From Alphaproteobacteria bacterium (GTDB lineage: Bacteria > Pseudomonadota > Alphaproteobacteria > UBA828): DNA of 64,000 nt. Shown piece after piece: positions 47,959 through 58,611 of this stretch. Position 1 is the first letter of the stretch, and every line of letters starts with the position of its first letter. The notes under the pieces are model-generated. The model was not told the origin of the DNA. It ran no database searches and was given only the letters and a program-made list of their open reading frames with translations. The position numbers and the translations under genes are program-made. The stretch spans positions 384,001 to 448,000 of the forward strand of contig CBDCQT010000010.1 in assembly GCA_965220745.1 (NCBI GenBank), written 5' to 3'.

Positions 47959-49170
47959 GTGACCCAACGTGAGGACGATCCGAGAATCGGCGCGCTGACG
48001 CGCCGCGACATGCTCAAGACCGGCGCTGCGGCGGGAGTCTCCGTGGCGGTTGCAGGCGGCCTTTCGGTCGGCATGTCGCAAATGGCTCACGCAGCCAGCG
48101 ATACCATTCGCGGCTACGGCACGACGACGGTGCAGCTCAAGGACTGGGCGCTCTTCAACAAGAGCACCGGGCTGACCATGGAGTTCACGCCGACCGACGC
48201 GAACATGGGCAACTTCATGCGGGACGTCACGGTCAACGAGGTCGGCGACACCCACGATCTCTTCTTCACCGACGGCGGCACCCAGTACAAGCTCGGGCCG
48301 GAGGGGTTCTATCTGGTCATCGACGAGCAGCATCCCGAGCTCGTGCTGTGGGAGCGGACCTCGGACAACTACAAGCGCGGCTACATCACGCAAACGCCTG
48401 ACGGCACCCAGTACGGCGTGCCCATGGTCAACAACGCCGACAGCTTCGGCTACTGGCCGGAAGCGATCGGCGTCAATCCCAACGGCCTGGAAGAGGTCTC
48501 CTGGCAGAAGTTGTTCGAGAACGAGGACACCCTGAACCGCGCCTCGATCGACCGCAACTGGCTGCTCACCATGCCGGAGGTCGCCTTCTACATGCAGGTC
48601 TACGGCAAGGCGGAGATCGTGGACAACGCGAACCTCACGCCGGAGGAGGCCAAGGCGGTCGGCGACTGGGCGATCGAGCGCAAGCAGGCCGGGCAGTTCC
48701 GCACCTTCCACACGGGCTTCGAGGAGCAGGTGCAGCTTCTCGGCAACAAGGAAGTGGACATCATCAACTGCTGGGAGCCGGCGACCAAGAACGTCAACGC
48801 CGAGGCCGGCGCGGACGTGGTGCGCTACGCCTACACGGTCGAGGGTTACTTCAAGTGGGGCATCGGCGCCTACATCCCGACCCAGGCGGCGGACCGCGAC
48901 AATCTCGACAACATTTACAAGACGCTGAACTACTTCCTCGACGGCGAGTATCGCGCGTTCCAGGCGATCGAGCGCGGCTACGGCGGCCCCAATCTCGATC
49001 TCGGCGTCAAGTACGCCGAGGAGGTCGGCTGGCCTGCCGATCAGGTGGCGGCGGTCGATGCTGTCCAGAAGAAGGTGGACACGAAGTACGAGAAGCCGTT
49101 CTGGGAGAACCTCAACCCCGACCACCAGGAGTCGATGGAGGAGGAGTGGCAGCGCTTCCTCAACGCCTGA
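47959..49170 (+). CDS. PotD/PotF-like ABC substrate-binding protein with Tat signal
   Basis: LTRRDMLK Tat motif; YGVP, SW..LF, EGY motifs; followed by PotB/C-like permeases. Confidence 0.8.
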   Translation: MTQREDDPRIGALTRRDMLKTGAAAGVSVAVAGGLSVGMSQMAHAASDTIRGYGTTTVQLKDWALFNKSTGLTMEFTPTDANMGNFMRDVTVNEVGDTHDLFFTDGGTQYKLGPEGFYLVIDEQHPELVLWERTSDNYKRGYITQTPDGTQYGVPMVNNADSFGYWPEAIGVNPNGLEEVSWQKLFENEDTLNRASIDRNWLLTMPEVAFYMQVYGKAEIVDNANLTPEEAKAVGDWAIERKQAGQFRTFHTGFEEQVQLLGNKEVDIINCWEPATKNVNAEAGADVVRYAYTVEGYFKWGIGAYIPTQAADRDNLDNIYKTLNYFLDGEYRAFQAIERGYGGPNLDLGVKYAEEVGWPADQVAAVDAVQKKVDTKYEKPFWENLNPDHQESMEEEWQRFLNA

Positions 49171-49227
49171 GTCATTGACCGTTAACGTGCCCCGGTGGCC
49201 TCCGCCGGGGCACGCGGGCCCCTGCCG

Positions 49228-50139
49228 ATGGCGAACGCCTTGGTAAGCCGCAGCATCAGAACCTGGTACACGCAGGCCGCGTCGGGCCGCTGGACCGTCC
49301 CGACCTTCATCATCGTCTGGACGGTCGTCGTCATCGTCCCGCTCTTCCTGCTCCTGCTCTATTCGTTTCTTGAGACGAAGGGGTTCAAGGTCGTCTGGGA
49401 CCCCTCGTTCCACACTTGGGACCGCTTCTTCGAGACCGGCCGCTGGACCGTGGCAATGCGCACGCTGCGCATCGCCATCGGCATGACGGTGATCGAGCTC
49501 GTGCTGGCGTTTCCGTTCGCGCTCTGGCTCGCCAAGGGCTGCCGGTCGCAGGGGCTCAAGGCGATCCTGCTCACACTGCTGACGATCCCGTTCTTTCTCG
49601 ATCTCTCGTCGCGCACGATCATCTGGCGGGCGCTCCTGGGCAGCAACGGCGTCGTCAACACGGTGCTGATGGAGCTGGGGATCACATCCGAGCCGGTGGA
49701 GTGGCTGATCTTCACCGAGTTCTCGGTCTTCTTCGGCCTCGCCGCGCCCTATTTCGCGACCATGGTGTTCCCCATCTTCCTGGTGGCGACGCTCATCGAC
49801 GACGAGTACCTTGACGCGAGCCGCGATCTCGGCGCCAACCCGTTGCAGACGCTGTTCCTGGTGACCATTCCGCTTTGCCTGCCGGGAGTCATCGCCGGCG
49901 TGGTCTTCACCATGGTGCCGATGATGGGCGAGTGGGTGGTGCCGCAGCTCATGGGCGGCGGCAAGGTCAACATGATCGGCCGATCGACCGAGGATGCGCT
50001 GTCGACGCTCAACTACCCGACCGCGGCCTCACTCTCGGCCTTCGTGCTCGCGATCCTGGTGGTGCTGCTGGCGGCGCTCACGCTGCTCACCCGGCGGCGG
50101 GGCGGTATCGCCGGCCTGTTCGAGGCGCTGAAGCTGTGA
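49228..50139 (+). CDS. ABC permease, PotB-like
   Basis: GSNGVVNTVL, YLDASRDLGA, PLCLPG, VPQLMGG; start uncertain (49195 or 49228). Confidence 0.85.
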   Translation: MANALVSRSIRTWYTQAASGRWTVPTFIIVWTVVVIVPLFLLLLYSFLETKGFKVVWDPSFHTWDRFFETGRWTVAMRTLRIAIGMTVIELVLAFPFALWLAKGCRSQGLKAILLTLLTIPFFLDLSSRTIIWRALLGSNGVVNTVLMELGITSEPVEWLIFTEFSVFFGLAAPYFATMVFPIFLVATLIDDEYLDASRDLGANPLQTLFLVTIPLCLPGVIAGVVFTMVPMMGEWVVPQLMGGGKVNMIGRSTEDALSTLNYPTAASLSAFVLAILVVLLAALTLLTRRRGGIAGLFEALKL

Positions 50140-50999
50140 GCACGGCGGACGCGCACGCGGGCGCGGGGCTCAGGCGAAACCAGCGCCTGCGCCTGTGGGA
50201 GCATGCGGTGTATGCGCCGATCTGGCGGCCGCTGGCTGCGTGGATCGGCCTCGTGCTCATCGTGCTCACCTACATCCCGCTGGTCTGGCTGGTGGTCATG
50301 TCGTTCAGCGACCGGCCGCTCTCAGGCATTCCGCATCCGCTGACGCTCCGCTGGTACGATGAGCTCTTCGCGACCTCCGCCTGGATCGAGCCGATTACCG
50401 ACAGCCTGTGGCTCGCGCTTGTGGTCGGCATCTGCTGCGTTCTCGTCTCGGTGCCGGTGGGGCGCGCGATCCCGCGCATGAGGCGGCGCGGCGGGGTACT
50501 GCTGATCACGCTGCTGCCGCTCTTCGTGCCAGGGCTCACCATGGGGGCCGCCCTCTTCCTCTTCATCCGCTCCTACATGCACTTCAAGCTCGGCATGTGG
50601 TCGATCTTCGTCGGCCACATGGTCTGGGCGCTGCCATTCGCCTTCCTGCTGGTGATCGTGCTGGCGACGCGCTTCGACCACCGCCTGCTGGAGGCGGCGG
50701 AGGACCTGGGGGCATCGGCCTGGCAACGCTTCTGGCAAATCGAGTTTCCGATCATGCGGCCCGGTATCGTCGGCGCCGGCCTGTTCGGCTTCATCCTCTC
50801 GTTCAACGAGCTCCTGCGCTCGATCTTCCTGCGCGGCACGGAGACGACGATGCCGATTTACACCTGGGCGCAGGCGTCCTCGCATCAGTCAAACGTGCCG
50901 ATCATCTTCGGCCTGGCCTCGCTGATCTTCGGGGTCACGCTGCCGATCATCGGCACCTTCTTCTGGATTCTGTTCAGCCGTACCGGTCAGAGCCGCTGA
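50136..50999 (+). CDS. ABC permease, PotC-like
   Basis: TLRWY, GHMVWALPF, LLEAAEDLGA, FILSFNE; GTG start overlaps the previous stop. Confidence 0.85.
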   Translation: MSTADAHAGAGLRRNQRLRLWEHAVYAPIWRPLAAWIGLVLIVLTYIPLVWLVVMSFSDRPLSGIPHPLTLRWYDELFATSAWIEPITDSLWLALVVGICCVLVSVPVGRAIPRMRRRGGVLLITLLPLFVPGLTMGAALFLFIRSYMHFKLGMWSIFVGHMVWALPFAFLLVIVLATRFDHRLLEAAEDLGASAWQRFWQIEFPIMRPGIVGAGLFGFILSFNELLRSIFLRGTETTMPIYTWAQASSHQSNVPIIFGLASLIFGVTLPIIGTFFWILFSRTGQSR

Positions 51000-51049
51000 G
51001 CCGGGCGCCGCAATAGGCCCCAGCGCGGACGCCCCATCCCGCACTTGCG

Positions 51050-51754
51050 ATGACTGCCCGCTACGCCATCTACTTCGCGCCGCCGACCGATTCCGCGCTC
51101 GCGCGCTTCGGTGCCACCTGGCTCGGGCGCGATGCCGAGACCGGCGCGCGTCTGGCGCGGCCTGCGGTCGAGGGGTTCAGCGACGAACGGTTGGCGCGCA
51201 TCACGGAGACACCCAGAGGCTACGGCTTTCACGCGACCCTGGCGCCACCGGTGCGCCTCGCCGAGGGCTGCACGCACGGGATGCTCGATGAGGCCCTCGC
51301 CACCTTCGCCCGCGACAGGCAGCCCTTTCGCGCGCCGTCGCTCCGGCTCGCGGCGCTCGATGACTTCCTCGCCCTGAAGCTGTCCGAGCCGAGCGCCCCG
51401 ATGCAGGCGCTGGAGGACGACGTTATCCACACCTTCCATCGCTTTCGGGCACCGCCCACGCCGGCCGAGCACATTCGCCGCCAGACGGGAACGCACACGC
51501 CCCGCCAGGAGGAACTGCTCCGCCAGTGGGGCTATCCGTTCGTTCTGGACGAGTTCCGTTTCCACATGACACTCACCTGCGAGCTCGATCCACCCGAGCG
51601 GCGTTCTCTACAAGAGGCACTGGAGCGGCTCACCGCGCCGTTGTGCGCCCAGCCGCTTGCTGTGGACGGGATCGCGCTATTCGAGCAGGAGGACAGGGGG
51701 GCGCCGTTCAGGCTTGCGCGCCGCTATCCGTTCGGCACCGTCGTCGGGAGTTAG
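51050..51754 (+). CDS. DUF1045 family (2H-phosphoesterase-like) protein
   Basis: RYAIYFAP, YGFHATL, WGYPFV.DEFRFHMTLT (two HxT motifs). Confidence 0.85.
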   Translation: MTARYAIYFAPPTDSALARFGATWLGRDAETGARLARPAVEGFSDERLARITETPRGYGFHATLAPPVRLAEGCTHGMLDEALATFARDRQPFRAPSLRLAALDDFLALKLSEPSAPMQALEDDVIHTFHRFRAPPTPAEHIRRQTGTHTPRQEELLRQWGYPFVLDEFRFHMTLTCELDPPERRSLQEALERLTAPLCAQPLAVDGIALFEQEDRGAPFRLARRYPFGTVVGS

Positions 51755-51793
51755 CCTGATCGAAATTTGCGGGGTCCGTGTTTCTGACGCGCT

Positions 51794-53017
51794 TCAATCG
51801 GCCGTGGGCGCGGTGTCTCGGGCCGCCGCCAGGCGCTCTAAACCCTCGGCGAGGTCGGCGATGAGGTCGTCCGGGTCTTCGAGGCCCGCGTAGATGCGGA
51901 GCAAGGGATAGGCGGGGTCCCAGCGGGTCGCGTCCCGAAGCTTCCACGGATAGGTGGGGAGCGCCAGGCTCTCGTAGCCGCCCCAGGAATAGCCGAGGCC
52001 GAAGAGCGTAAGGGAATCGAGAAACGCATCGACCGCAGGCTCCGGCACCGGCTCCAGTATCACGCCGAAGAGGCTGGAGGCGCCGGAAAAGTCGCGCTGC
52101 CAGAGGGCATGGCCGGGGTCGTCCTCCAGCGCGGGGTGGAGCACTTGCCGGACCTCGGGCCGCGCCTGCAGCCAGCGGGCGAGCGCGAGGCCGGTCTCCT
52201 GGTGCCGGTGCAGCCGGACCGAGAGCGTGCGCAGGCCGCGCAGGCCGAGATAGCAGTCGTCGGGGCCAGGGGCGGCGCCCAGCTCCTCGAAGATGCGGCG
52301 CACCGGCTCGACGTGGGCCTCGTTGGTGGTGACCGCGCCCAGCATCGCGTCCGAATGGCCCACGATGTACTTGGTGCAGGCCTGGATCGAGACGTCGGCC
52401 CCCAACGCGAGCGGCTGGCAGAAGAGCGGCGAGGCCCAGGTGTTGTCCACGATCAGCACGGCGCCCCGCTCATGGGCCGCTTCCGCGAGCACTGGGAAAT
52501 CCTGGATCTCGAAGGTGATCGAGCCAGGCGATTCGCCCACCACCACGCTGGTCTCGGGGCGCATCAGGTCCGCGATGCCGGCGCCGATGCAGGGGTCGTA
52601 GAAGGTGGTCTCGACCCCCATGCGCGCGAGCAGGCCGTTCGCGAGGGCGCGCGTCGGGCCGTAGGCGCTGTCGGTCATCAGCACGTGGTCGCCGCTCTTC
52701 ACGAAGGCGAGCAGCGCCGCCACGATCGCCGCCTTGCCGGAGCCGAACAGGTAGCAGCGGTGGCCCTGCTCCAGCGCGGCGATGGAATCCTGCAGCGGAA
52801 AGGTCGTGGGCGTGCCGTAGCGGCCGTAATAGGTCTTGCCGTACTCGCGCGCGCCGAAGGTGGCTTCCTTCAGCGCTGCCGCCGTCTCGTGCAGGATCGT
52901 GGACGCGTGATAGACGGGCGGGTTCACCACGCCGTGATTCGCCGAAGGGTCGCGGCCGAGAACCGAGAGCAGGGTCTCGTCCCGGTAGCGCCCCTTGTCG
53001 CCGTTATTCTTGGTCAT
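51794..53017 (-). CDS. metC: Cystathionine beta-lyase
   Basis: VNPPVYHAST, YGRYGTPT, DNTWA, TKYIVGHSD, GYSWGGYESL. Confidence 0.93.
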   Translation of the reverse strand: MTKNNGDKGRYRDETLLSVLGRDPSANHGVVNPPVYHASTILHETAAALKEATFGAREYGKTYYGRYGTPTTFPLQDSIAALEQGHRCYLFGSGKAAIVAALLAFVKSGDHVLMTDSAYGPTRALANGLLARMGVETTFYDPCIGAGIADLMRPETSVVVGESPGSITFEIQDFPVLAEAAHERGAVLIVDNTWASPLFCQPLALGADVSIQACTKYIVGHSDAMLGAVTTNEAHVEPVRRIFEELGAAPGPDDCYLGLRGLRTLSVRLHRHQETGLALARWLQARPEVRQVLHPALEDDPGHALWQRDFSGASSLFGVILEPVPEPAVDAFLDSLTLFGLGYSWGGYESLALPTYPWKLRDATRWDPAYPLLRIYAGLEDPDDLIADLAEGLERLAAARDTAPTAD

Positions 53018-53042
53018 GGCCTGCGACCGCTCGGACGATCGC

Positions 53043-54764
53043 TCAAATGTCGGCGAAGCAATGGGTTTCCGCCGCGCCGCCGGGATGCGTCACCGCGCCC
53101 TGGTAGGCGGGGCCCACGGTCGCCGCGTACTTCCAGAGCACGCCCGCCTGATAGTCGTGCGAGCGCTCCGTCCAGGTCTTGCGGCGCTCCGCGAGCTCGG
53201 CTTCGGAGAGCGCCACGCTGAGCTCGCCGCTGGTCGCGTCGATGGTCACCTGATCGCCGTCGCGCAGCAACGCGATTGGCCCGCCCACCGCAGCCTCCGG
53301 CCCCACGTGGCCGATACAGAAGCCCCGCGTCGCGCCGGAGAAGCGGCCGTCGGTGATGAGCGCGACCTCCTCGCCCTTGCCCTGGCCGTAGATCTGCGAG
53401 GTGACGGCCAGCATCTCGCGCATGCCGGGGCCGCCCTTCGGCCCCTCGTAGCGAATCACGATCACGTCGCCGGAGCGGTAGTCGCGGCTGACGATGGCCT
53501 TCATCGCCTCTTCCTCGGTGTCGAAGCAGCGCGCGGGCCCCACGTGGCGGAGCCGCGAGAGGCCGGCCACCTTCACGATGGCGCCCTCTGGCGCGAGATT
53601 GCCGCTGAGCCCCACCACGCCGCCGGTGGGCGAGAGCGGGGCGGACGTCGGCACCACCACGTCCTGTTCGGTGGGGAACTTCACGTCCGCAAGATTCTCG
53701 GCCAGCGTGCGGCCGGTCACGGTCACGCAGTCGCCGTGCAGATAGCCGCCCTCGAGCAGCGCCTTGAGCACGATCGGCACACCGCCCACCTCGAACAGGT
53801 CCTTCGCCACGTAACGGCCGCCTGGCTTGAGATCGGCGATGTAGGGGGTGCGCTTGAACACCTCCGCCACCGCCGCGAGGTCGAAGTCGATCCCCGCCTC
53901 GTTCGCGATGGCGGGCAGGTGCAGGCCCGCGTTGGTCGAGCCGCCGGTGGCCGCCACCACCGTCGCGGCGTTCTCCATCGCCTTGCGGGTGACGATGTCA
54001 CGCGGGCGAAGGTTCTTCTCGATCAGGTCCATGACGCACGTGCCGGAGGCCACGGCGAACTCGTCGCGGGATTCGTAGACCGCCGGCGCGCCCGCCGAAT
54101 GCGGCAGCGCCAGGCCGATCGCCTCGGAGACGCAGGCCATGGTGTTGGCGGTGAACTGGCCGCCGCAAGAGCCGCCGGAGGGGCATGCCACCGCCTCGAT
54201 CTCCTCAAGGTCTTTCTCGGTGACGTCGCCCTGGTTGAGCTTGCCGTAATACTCGTAGACGTCCATCACCGTGACGTCCTTGCCGCGGAAGCGCCCTGGC
54301 AGGATGGAGCCGCCGTAGAGAAAGACGCCGGGCACGTTGAGCCTGACAAGTGCCATCATCATGCCGGGCAGCGACTTGTCGCAGCCGGCGATGCCCACCA
54401 GCGCGTCGTAGGAGTGTCCGCGCATGGTGAGCTCCACCGAATCGGCAATCACGTCGCGCGAGACCAGCGAGGACTTCATGCCCTGGTGGCCCATGGCGAT
54501 GCCGTCGGTCACCGTGATGGTGGTGAACTCGCGCGGCGTGCCGCCGGCCTCGTCCACGCCCGCTTTCGCTGCCAGCGCCTGGCGGCGAAGCGTGATGTTG
54601 CAGGGCGCGGTCTCGTTCCAGGTGGTGGCGACGCCCACGATGGGCCGGCTCATCGCCTGGCGGGAGACACCCATGGCGTAGAAGAAAGACCGGTGCGCGG
54701 CGCTCTTGGCCCCCTCGGTGATGTGCCTGCTCGGCAGCTTCGACTTGTCGAATTTCGTGCTCAT
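53043..54764 (-). CDS. ilvD: Dihydroxy-acid dehydratase
   Basis: PCN, DGIAMGH, GCDKSLPG, CGGQFTANTM, GGSTNA, GGPGMREM, TDGRFSG. Confidence 0.96.
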   Translation of the reverse strand: MSTKFDKSKLPSRHITEGAKSAAHRSFFYAMGVSRQAMSRPIVGVATTWNETAPCNITLRRQALAAKAGVDEAGGTPREFTTITVTDGIAMGHQGMKSSLVSRDVIADSVELTMRGHSYDALVGIAGCDKSLPGMMMALVRLNVPGVFLYGGSILPGRFRGKDVTVMDVYEYYGKLNQGDVTEKDLEEIEAVACPSGGSCGGQFTANTMACVSEAIGLALPHSAGAPAVYESRDEFAVASGTCVMDLIEKNLRPRDIVTRKAMENAATVVAATGGSTNAGLHLPAIANEAGIDFDLAAVAEVFKRTPYIADLKPGGRYVAKDLFEVGGVPIVLKALLEGGYLHGDCVTVTGRTLAENLADVKFPTEQDVVVPTSAPLSPTGGVVGLSGNLAPEGAIVKVAGLSRLRHVGPARCFDTEEEAMKAIVSRDYRSGDVIVIRYEGPKGGPGMREMLAVTSQIYGQGKGEEVALITDGRFSGATRGFCIGHVGPEAAVGGPIALLRDGDQVTIDATSGELSVALSEAELAERRKTWTERSHDYQAGVLWKYAATVGPAYQGAVTHPGGAAETHCFADI

Positions 54765-54909
54765 GGCGCCCTTCCCCCTCGCACCGCCCACAGTCTCGCA
54801 GCGGCGCGCCAAAATCTGCGTGGACCGGCCCGTCGGAACCAGCCTGCCGGCGCACGGCTTACTCGCCCCGGTGGGCCGCGGTCAAGCGGCGCGCGTCGCC
54901 GGGAGGCCA

Positions 54910-57561
54910 TTAGGGCGCGGCAATCCGCTCCAGCGCGGCCTTGAGCCGGGCTTCTGCCGTGCACGCCTCGTCGAGGCGTCCGCGCTGCTCCTCGACCACG
55001 TGAGCCGGCGCCCGCGCCAGAAACTGCTCGTTCTCGAGCTTGCGCTCCAGCTTCGCACGCTCCTGGCCCGCCTTGCCGAGCTCCCGGTCGAGCCGCGCGC
55101 GCTCCTTGTCGAACTCGATCACACCGGCGAGCGGGAGCACGATGGTCGCCTCGTCCAGCATCATCTGCACCGAACCGGACGGCACCTCTCCATCCAGCGC
55201 CTCGGCCTCGCTGAGGCGGGCGAGGCGGGCGATGACCTCGCGGTGGCGATCGAGCCGCGCCGCGGTCTCGGGCGCGCACCCGCGCAAGCCCAGCGCAATG
55301 CGGGCTCCGGCCGGCACGTTCATCTCGGCCCTGACGGCGCGCACAGCGGTGACGAGCCGCACAACCCAGTCCATCTCGCGTGCGGCGTCGGCATCGCCGG
55401 TGCTCTCGTCGAGTGCCGGCCAGGGCGCCGTGATCAGCGTGCCGGCCCGCCCCTCGTCGATCCGGCCCCAAAGCTCCTCGGTGACGAAGGGCATGAAGGG
55501 ATGCAGCAGACCCAGGATCGTGTCCAGCACCCAGGCGGCGGTGGCGCGGGTCTCTGCCTTCGCCGGCCCGTCGGGACCCGCCAGCGTGGGCTTGGAAAAT
55601 TCAAGATACCAGTCGCAGAAGACATCCCAGGTGAAGTGGTAGACCGCGCCCGCCGCCGCATCGAAGCGGTAGGCATCGAGCGCCGCGGTCACGTCGCGGG
55701 CCGCGCGGGCCGCCTCGCCCACGATCCAGCGGTTGACCTGGCCCTCGGCCTGGGCGGGGTCGAAGCCGGGGACCGGCCTGCACCCGTTGGCCTCGCAGAA
55801 GCGCGCGGCGTTCCAGAGCTTGGTGGCGAAGTTGCGGTAGCCGGCGACCCGGCTTTCGGCGAGCTTGATATCGCGCCCCTGCGCTTCCATCGCCGCCAGC
55901 GTGAAGCGGAGCGCGTCGGCGCCGTACTTGTCGATCAGCGCAAGCGGGTCGATCACGTTGCCCTTGCTCTTCGACATCTTCTGCCCCTTCTCGTCGCGCA
56001 CCAGCGCGTGGATGTAGACCGTGCGGAAGGGGATATCGCCCATGAAGTGCATGCCGAGCATCGCCATCCGGGCAACCCAGAAGAAGATGATGTCGAAGCC
56101 CGTGATCAGATCGCTGTTGGGGTAATAGGTCTCCAGCGCGTCGGTGCGCTCGGGCCAGCCGAGGGTCGAGAACGGCCAGAGGCCCGAGCTGAACCAGGTG
56201 TCCAGCACGTCCTCATCCCGGCTCAGCGGCTCGGGTCCACCGTAGTGCTGCGCCGCCTGCTCCTCCGCCTCGGCTTCCGTGGTGGCGACGAAGACCTGGC
56301 CGTCTGGCCCGTACCACGCCGGAATGCGGTGGCCCCACCAGAGCTGGCGCGAGATGCACCAGGGCTGGATGTTGCGCATCCACTCGAAATAGGTGTTGGC
56401 CCAACGCTCCGGCACGAAGCGGATGCGGCCGTCCTCCACCGCCTCGATGGCGGGCTTGGCCAGCGTTTCGGCATCGACGTACCACTGATCGGTGAGCCAG
56501 GGCTCGATCACCGCGCCCGAGCGGTCGCCGTGGGGCACGGTATGGACGTGCGCCTCGACCGCCTCGATCAGTCCTTGCGCTTCGAGATCGGCGAGGACGC
56601 GCTCGCGCGCCTCGAATCGGTCGAGACCGCGATAGACCTCGGGCGCGTTCTCGTTGATCCGGGCCTCGGCGTCGAACACGTTGACGATGTCGAGGTCGTG
56701 CCGGCGGCCCACTTCGAAGTCGTTGAAGTCGTGGGCCGGCGTAATCTTCACCGCGCCGGAGCCCTGCTCGGGATCGGCGTAGTCATCGGCGACGATCGGC
56801 AGATAGCGGCCGACCAGCGGCAGCACGGCGCGGCTGCCGATGAGACCCCGGTAGCGCTCGTCCTCGGGGTGCACGGCGACGGCGGTGTCGCCCAGCATGG
56901 TCTCGGGCCGGGTGGTGGCGACGACGATGTGTTCGCCGGACCGTCCCTCAAGCGGATAGCGGATGTGCCAGAGCTTGCCGTCCCGCATCTCGCGCTGCTC
57001 GACCTCCAGATCGGAGATCGCGGTGCCCAGCACCGGGTCCCAGTTGACCAGCCGCTTGTCGCGATAGATCAGTCCCTGCCGGTACAGGGTGACGAAGACT
57101 TCGAGCACCGCCCGGCTCAGGCCTTTGTCCATGGTGAAGCGCTCGCGCGACCAGTCGGGTGAAGCACCGAGGCGGCGGAGCTGGCGGCCGATGGCGCCGC
57201 CCGATTCCGCCTTCCAGGACCACACGCGGTCGATGAAGGCATCGCGGCCGAGGCCGCGCCGATCCGTGCCCTCTTCGGCCAGCTGGCGCTCGACCACCAT
57301 CTGTGTCGCGATCCCGGCGTGGTCCATGCCCGGCTGCCAGAGCGCGTTGCGGCCGGTCTTGCGCCGGTAGCGGGTGAGCACGTCCTGCAGCGTGTTGTTG
57401 AGCGCGTGCCCCATGTGCAGGCTGCCGGTGACATTCGGCGGCGGCATCATCACACACCAGGGCGTACCGCCACCGGGGCGCCCGGCGAAGCCGCCGCTCT
57501 TCTCCCAAAGTTCGTAAAGGCGGCCCTCGAAATCGGCAGGCCGATAGGTCTTCTCCAGCAT
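54910..57561 (-). CDS. valS: Valine--tRNA ligase
   Basis: [40 protein letters not shown], coiled-coil C-terminus; start at ATG 57561. Confidence 0.98.
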   Translation of the reverse strand: MLEKTYRPADFEGRLYELWEKSGGFAGRPGGGTPWCVMMPPPNVTGSLHMGHALNNTLQDVLTRYRRKTGRNALWQPGMDHAGIATQMVVERQLAEEGTDRRGLGRDAFIDRVWSWKAESGGAIGRQLRRLGASPDWSRERFTMDKGLSRAVLEVFVTLYRQGLIYRDKRLVNWDPVLGTAISDLEVEQREMRDGKLWHIRYPLEGRSGEHIVVATTRPETMLGDTAVAVHPEDERYRGLIGSRAVLPLVGRYLPIVADDYADPEQGSGAVKITPAHDFNDFEVGRRHDLDIVNVFDAEARINENAPEVYRGLDRFEARERVLADLEAQGLIEAVEAHVHTVPHGDRSGAVIEPWLTDQWYVDAETLAKPAIEAVEDGRIRFVPERWANTYFEWMRNIQPWCISRQLWWGHRIPAWYGPDGQVFVATTEAEAEEQAAQHYGGPEPLSRDEDVLDTWFSSGLWPFSTLGWPERTDALETYYPNSDLITGFDIIFFWVARMAMLGMHFMGDIPFRTVYIHALVRDEKGQKMSKSKGNVIDPLALIDKYGADALRFTLAAMEAQGRDIKLAESRVAGYRNFATKLWNAARFCEANGCRPVPGFDPAQAEGQVNRWIVGEAARAARDVTAALDAYRFDAAAGAVYHFTWDVFCDWYLEFSKPTLAGPDGPAKAETRATAAWVLDTILGLLHPFMPFVTEELWGRIDEGRAGTLITAPWPALDESTGDADAAREMDWVVRLVTAVRAVRAEMNVPAGARIALGLRGCAPETAARLDRHREVIARLARLSEAEALDGEVPSGSVQMMLDEATIVLPLAGVIEFDKERARLDRELGKAGQERAKLERKLENEQFLARAPAHVVEEQRGRLDEACTAEARLKAALERIAAP

Positions 57562-57631
57562 CGTCGTCTCGTAACCGTTTCGGGGAGATGGCGCTAGTGG
57601 GGCAGGCTGAATGGCACCTTGCGGGAGCGGC

Positions 57632-58012
57632 TTACTCGGGCTCGGCGCGGCTCGACGCGCGTTCGATCTCGCGTTCCACGAGACGCTCGACCATCGGCGG
57701 CATGTGGGTGTCGAGCCACGTTTGGAGCATCGGCCGAAGCGTCTCCAGCACCTGCTCCTCGCTGGCGGGGCCATCCTTCGCGACTTCCGGCGCGCCTTCA
57801 CGCTCCCGATCCAGATGGATCGCGTTGCCCTGCTCGTCCACCATGTCGACCAGGTCGAGGATGTCGTCGTCCTCGCCCGCAACCGGCGCCGGCGCAGCCG
57901 CCGACGGCGCGTCCTCGCCGGGGTCCGGCTCGCGCCCCTCGCCCTCTGCGACGACACGGCCGATCATTTCCAGGATCTGCTGCTTCGAAAGGTCGGGCTT
58001 TTGATTGGTCAT
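57632..58012 (-). CDS. popZ: Polar organizing protein PopZ (DUF2497)
   Basis: DDDILDL acidic linker; [25 protein letters not shown]-terminus; immediately upstream of valS. Confidence 0.8.
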   Translation of the reverse strand: MTNQKPDLSKQQILEMIGRVVAEGEGREPDPGEDAPSAAAPAPVAGEDDDILDLVDMVDEQGNAIHLDREREGAPEVAKDGPASEEQVLETLRPMLQTWLDTHMPPMVERLVEREIERASSRAEPE

Positions 58013-58110
58013 GGGACCGTGTCGCCGGGTGCGTGGCGCTCCAGTGCAGGAAACCTAGGGCAATCACGGTTCGATTGCCACCGCTGGGAGCCGATTCTGG
58101 GCCGCAGTAG

Positions 58111-58139
58111 TCGCCAGGCCCCGCGCTCTGGCTTATAAT
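58111..58139 (+). promoter_or_regulatory. Probable sigma70 promoter of fur
   Basis: TCGCCA-17 nt-TATAAT, ending 18 nt before the GTG. Confidence 0.5.
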
Positions 58140-58157
58140 GCCGCGAGTCACACGGCC

Positions 58158-58598
58158 GTGGAGAAGCAGGCCCCCGTGCCGGCATCCAACCTCGAAAAGC
58201 GATGCACCGAAATCGGTCTGAAGATGACCGAGCAGCGGCGCGTCATTGCGCGCGTCCTCTCGGACGCCAAGGACCATCCCGACGTGGAGGGGCTCTACCA
58301 GCGCGCGACCGCCATCGATCCGCGCATCAGTCTGGCGACGGTCTATCGCACGGTGCGGCTCTTCGAGGAATGCGGCCTTCTGGAGCGCCACGACTTCCGA
58401 GACGGGCGTGCGCGCTACGAGGAGCATCCCGACGAGCACCACGATCACTTGATCGACCTCACGTCGGGAAAGGTGATCGAGTTTCAGAACGAGGAGATCG
58501 AGGCGCTCCAGGCCGCCGTCGCCAAAGCGCTCGGCTACAAGCTGGTGGATCACCGGCTGGAGCTCTACGCGGTCCCGTTGGACACGCCCGAGGACTAG
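58158..58598 (+). CDS. fur: Fur-family transcriptional regulator (Fur/Mur)
   Basis: MTEQRRVI, DHPDVE, ISLATVYRT, HHDHLID, DHRLELY. Confidence 0.92.
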   Translation: MEKQAPVPASNLEKRCTEIGLKMTEQRRVIARVLSDAKDHPDVEGLYQRATAIDPRISLATVYRTVRLFEECGLLERHDFRDGRARYEEHPDEHHDHLIDLTSGKVIEFQNEEIEALQAAVAKALGYKLVDHRLELYAVPLDTPED

Positions 58599-58611
58599 CG
58601 CAAGCGAGCCC

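Noticed and set aside
46516-49413. 965-aa ORF suggesting a large enolase fusion
   Set aside because: The N-terminal ~580 aa is the antisense of the SBP gene; the real gene starts at ATG 47682 after an AGGAGG SD.
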